Below are positions 59,303 to 64,000 of a stretch of 64,000 bases of DNA, piece by piece. The notes beneath the pieces are model-generated. The model had not been told where the DNA came from and made no database searches. It saw nothing but the letters and a program-made list of their open reading frames with translations. The stretch is from the human T2T-CHM13v2.0 reference genome, Homo sapiens, in NCBI RefSeq assembly GCF_009914755.1, contig NC_060935.1. One strand, 5' to 3'. The translations under genes were made by a program, and so were the position numbers. Numbering within the stretch: position 1 is the first letter of the stretch; each line of letters begins with the position of its first letter.

Positions 59303-60767
59303 CTTTCAGCAAGCAAAGACGAATGCTGGGGGAAGACCCACTTAACAGGAGATGGTATTCAGGAAGGTGGGCAGAGTTGTTAGGGGCTGTATAGTGTTCT
59401 AGAGTAAGACCGACCTGATTCAGATCGCAGTTACCCATTTTCTGGATGACCTTGGGCAAGTGAACTCAATCTCCAGGTCTCTAGATGTCCCCACTTGTAA
59501 AGTGGGTATAATACTAATATATTTCATGTGTGCTCTTGTGGGGAATAAGGGAGTTAGTCCAAGTAACACGGTTAGCATCGTAGCTTCACCTTGATGAGGC
59601 TGAACGTGACAGCTGCCAGCCTCTCCCTGGGCCTGAGGCCCTGACCTTGGGGATCAGATTGAGGTGAGAATGGCAATAAACTGCCAAGAGACAGCAAGTG
59701 GGCAGCTGGGACTGAAGGAGTCTTCACGTCTTGGGCAATCCCTGGGCATCTAGTCCCAACTTCAGAATCTGGGCCTCCCAGCTTGAGCTTCCTGAGGTCA
59801 AACATATGCTCCTTGGAAAGCCCTGACCCACGTTCTAGAAGAAGAGGGGGTAGGCAGGGCACCTGAGGTCCCAGTTAGGGGTGGAGGCTATGGTTGGCCT
59901 AGAAAATTTGGGAGCCCAGGTGCTGGTGATGGAAAGGCCTAGATGGCTGTCCTGGAGCCTTGACTGTGCCCCTGGACACGTCGCCCTCTCCTGAGCCCCT
60001 GGGTGGTGATGCGAAGGGAGGATGCCCAGCCCTGTCTCTGGGAGCTCGGGCACCAGGGACGGATGGCATTCCAGGCTGTGCTTTGCAGGGACCTGTGGTG
60101 GCAAGGCCACGTGGGGAGTGGGAGGTACATACCCCAGGCTTGCCTCACTGGTTAAGTGGCAGATGTTCCTTTTACAGCCTGTTGGAGCTGGAAGGAGCCT
60201 TAGAAATCATTTAGCTTAACCTACTCATTATGCAGATGAGGACACCAGAATCCAGAGATACTGGCTTGCTTAAAATTGCCAGGAGTTGGCGTGTGAGCCA
60301 GGCTGGATCTGCGTCCCTGCCTCCAGGGCCAGTGTCCTCTCACTGCATTGAGCTCCTAGCCTCAGGCTCTGGGATGGTGGACTTACTCCTCCCGCCCCAC
60401 CCCTCCTCCTCCTCCTCCTCCTCCTCCTCGTCCTCATGGCAGATGTCTACATATCCTTGATGTGTGCCAGGCACCACGCTACATGCTTTCTGTGCTTTGG
60501 TGGACTCAGTCCTCCCTGCAATTCAGTGAGGTGTGTGGAATTCTGAGCTCCACTTTACAGGTGAGGATGTGGAGGCTTGGAGAAGTTCAGCAGCTTTCCA
60601 GCACCAATCGCCAAGGGGCAGGGACCTCTCTGACTCCAAAACCTGTGCTTTTACTCCCATGCCAGAATTCACCGAAAGCTAGGTTTACTGAGGAAAACAG
60701 ATCCTGGAGCATAAGGTCCTCAGGTCCAGGCTTCTATCTGATGCACGGCCCCCCTTTCCCCCGCCAG

Positions 60768-61542
60768 GCATGGCTACAATTTCGTGGTGGCCATCCCCGC
60801 AGGCGCCTCAAGCATCGACATCCGCCAGCGCGGTTACAAAGGGCTGATCGGGGATGACAACTACCTGGCTCTGAAGAACAGCCAAGGCAAGTACCTGCTC
60901 AACGGGCATTTCGTGGTGTCGGCGGTGGAGCGGGACCTGGTGGTGAAGGGCAGTCTGCTGCGGTACAGCGGCACGGGCACAGCGGTGGAGAGCCTGCAGG
61001 CTTCCCGGCCCATCCTGGAGCCGCTGACCGTGGAGGTCCTCTCCGTGGGGAAGATGACACCGCCCCGGGTCCGCTACTCCTTCTATCTGCCCAAAGAGCC
61101 TCGGGAGGACAAGTCCTCTCATCCCAAGGACCCCCGGGGACCCTCTGTCTTGCACAACAGCGTCCTCAGCCTCTCCAACCAGGTGGAGCAGCCGGACGAC
61201 AGGCCCCCTGCACGCTGGGTGGCTGGCAGCTGGGGGCCGTGCTCCGCGAGCTGCGGCAGTGGCCTGCAGAAGCGGGCGGTGGACTGCCGGGGCTCCGCCG
61301 GGCAGCGCACGGTCCCTGCCTGTGATGCAGCCCATCGGCCCGTGGAGACACAAGCCTGCGGGGAGCCCTGCCCCACCTGGGAGCTCAGCGCCTGGTCACC
61401 CTGCTCCAAGAGCTGCGGCCGGGGATTTCAGAGGCGCTCACTCAAGTGTGTGGGCCACGGAGGCCGGCTGCTGGCCCGGGACCAGTGCAACTTGCACCGC
61501 AAGCCCCAGGAGCTGGACTTCTGCGTCCTGAGGCCGTGCTGA
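60768..61542 (+). CDS. ADAMTS15: ADAMTS15 exon 8 coding part (spacer domain plus two C-terminal TSRs)
   Basis: ccag|G-HGYNFVVAIPAGA...WGPCSASCG...WSPCSKSCG...FCVLRPC*; 775 nt; total CDS 2853 nt. Confidence 0.96.
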
Positions 61543-64000
61543 GTGGGGTCATCGCTTTCTCCCCCTCACTCTCCACCCCACTGATATGCCAGCGTTCTGC
61601 CAGCTGGAGTAGCGGGCAGAGGACGGTGGCCAGGGGCTCACGCCACGATGTCACCCACATCCGGGGACAAGGACCATGGGCTGGGGCGAGAGGTTCCCTC
61701 CTCCTCCCTGGACTGGGCAGAGGGAAGCCCAGGAACTCCCGCACAGTCTACCTCAGGCCCCGCTCCTCGGGCCGGTTGCGGGGAGAGGCTTTGAGGTGCA
61801 GGGCAGAAGGTGCTGAGGCCCAGTTTCCAAGGAACTTGGAGGATGGGCACCTTCCAGGCAGAACTTCAGGGACCCCGGCCCCCAGAACGGAGGCCACAGG
61901 CTGCTGGAAGAGCCATGTCCCAGCAGCTTGGCACCCTCAGGTGGCCCCATGGGCTCTGAGCCGTGTCTGAACGAGGCAGGGTTTTCACGGTGCTTTTAGC
62001 CCACTTTCCTTTTTGAACTGACATGGACTAAGCAATAAAAGCTGGCTGGGGCTGGGCAGAAGCCACGGGGAGAGTGAGATTAGGGCCCCTGGAGCCTGGC
62101 ACTCCACCTTGGAAGACGTGGACGTGCACAGGGAGTCCCGAGGTTTCTCATCCTGCACTCTTGGCCCTCCTATAAAGAAGCAGCCTCTCCTTCCTCTGAT
62201 GTGCAGGGTGTAGGACTAGTGGTAGGGCTGCCACGGAAGTGTCCTCTGAGGCTCTGCAGGTAGCGGGGAAAGCCAGTAGGGAGTCTGCTGTCTTCTTCAA
62301 GATGGAGCCGGCCATTACAGAAAGATGTTGACATTTGCTAGGGGCTATGCAGTCTGTGGCTGATGCAGGGAGTTTTCAGAAAGTTCTGGAGGGTTCTGCT
62401 GTCACTGGACTGGGGTTGGTGCTGAGCTCTGGGCCTGGCTTTGGGAGATGTCACCCTGGGATAGGGAGGAGGAAGCTGCATTTCTAATGGCTTCCTCCTC
62501 CAGAGAGGCACGTATATGCAGGCTGACATCCGAGGGCCTGTGTCGCCTCAGACAGCCCTGACAGTGGCCACAGTCCCGTACCCATTGTGAGGGGCTGGGG
62601 CATGCCTAGGAGGGCTAGGTGCTGAACATCTATGTGCCTATAAACTCGTCTTCGTTCCAAACAGCTACTGCTGTCTGCCCTGGGCACGTCACGTTGCATC
62701 CTAGGCCTTAGCTTCTCCACTGTTTGCTACCTCAGATTATGCCCTCTGGGAACCCAGCCGTATCCCTCCCCTAGGACAGTGGTGACCTGGTCCTTCCACC
62801 ACACTCAGTCTTTGGAGAGCGAGCTGTCCAGCCACAGAAATGAGGGTGTGGTGCGTGGCTTCCTGCTCCCCACAGCCCAGCCCCCTGTTGGGGCTCCAAA
62901 GCCGAAGACAGGGCCTCTTCAGACTCCTTGGGAGTAGGTTTCAGGAGGCACCAAGAATCAATGACTGACCCAGGGGGCCTGGCAGCCACTAGTATGAACT
63001 GCTGGAGACCTGTCTGTCTTATAGACATGTCAGGAAAATAGAAACAGGCATTTTCTCTAGCTCCAAGTGGGGAGATATTTTGGGGTCACAGCTTCTTTGG
63101 CTAAGCAGGGTGTTTCTTGAAGGTTCAGATGCCCCACTGTGTACATGGGATATTCTGCTTCTGAGTGTAGGTGATGAATCCAGGTCCTCAGTGGAGAATT
63201 TTCTGGAGCTAAGATCAAAGCATGTGTCTTCCTGGGAGAGAAGAGTTCCGTTCTTTTATGTGGGTTTCCCTAATAGTCAGAATCCACAAACCAGCCAGCC
63301 AGCCAGCCAAGCCTCTGCGATGATGTTCTCATCCGGTCTAACGCTGGGCTGGAAACCTTGGACAGAGTTCATGCGGGGGCAGAGGGGGTGCCAGTCTCTG
63401 AGGCAGGGCTGCAGTCACCCCTGAAGAACTAAGTGAACAGGAACCCCTCTGTGCCAGTGACCACTGTGGGGCTAAAGGGACAAAAAGGACCAGGGTACCA
63501 GGCAGAAGCAGATCCTTGATAGCTGACGACAGCACTGCGCCCTGTGCTTGGTGCACTCCCTCCTTCAGGAGGAGAGGGTGGCATGGGGTCTGTGCGGGAT
63601 GGCAGGGGGATTGGGTGGGTGGGAAGAGAGGTGCCATCGGTAGGAGGCTGGCCTCCAGTAGAGGAGAGCAGCTTTTGCCATCAGTCACTTTACAAACCAT
63701 TTCAAGGAAGGACAACCTCTCTGGCTCCTGACACAAGCCAGGCCTCGGTGCTTTTATCTGTTGTGGTGGTTTTTCTTCTTTCCCTTTTTAAAAGACGCAT
63801 GACCAAGACAACCTAGGGAGTTTGTCTTGCTTGCCTTTGACTATTTCCTTAATCCAACCATGCTCTCGAGGGCTGAGCAGAGACTAGACTCAAGGCACAG
63901 GTTTCTGGTGATGGAGTAAAGTTACAGCGGTATCTCATGTCTACACAAGAAGAGGAACGTTCTGAAAGCTCCAACAACTTCTTGAGGGGGATGGACCAAT
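61543..64000 (+). other. ADAMTS15: ADAMTS15 3' UTR / downstream region (true end not determinable)
   Basis: Follows the stop codon; no Alu seen; one AATAAA at 62034. Confidence 0.55.
62034..62039 (+). terminator. Candidate proximal polyadenylation signal AATAAA
   Basis: Canonical hexamer about 490 nt after the stop; downstream element is G-rich rather than GU/U-rich. Confidence 0.4.

Overview
Primate, almost certainly human, genomic DNA containing the divergent (head-to-head) paralog pair ADAMTS8 and ADAMTS15 (recalled as human 11q24.3). ADAMTS8 is on the - strand: coding exons 1-5 lie at 16100->2339 and the remaining exons lie left of the window. ADAMTS15 is on the + strand with a complete 8-exon CDS at 36696-61542; the exons sum to 2853 nt = 950 aa + stop, with all GT-AG junctions in phase. 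Each gene starts in a CpG island, and the ATGs are about 20.6 kb apart. The rest is intronic/intergenic sequence rich in Alu, MIR, L2, MER and MST repeats and microsatellites. Most ORFs in the supplied track are Alu- or GC-content artefacts. I see no convincing wholly new biological system. The best leads are modest: an Alu carrying a tail-less inverted Alu insert, inverted-Alu-flanked in-frame exon blocks covering both catalytic sites, candidate CTCF sites between the genes, a promoter-like cluster in ADAMTS15 intron 1, and short colinear motifs shared by both 5' leaders. Repeat family names and gene identities come from recalled consensus sequences, not a database search.
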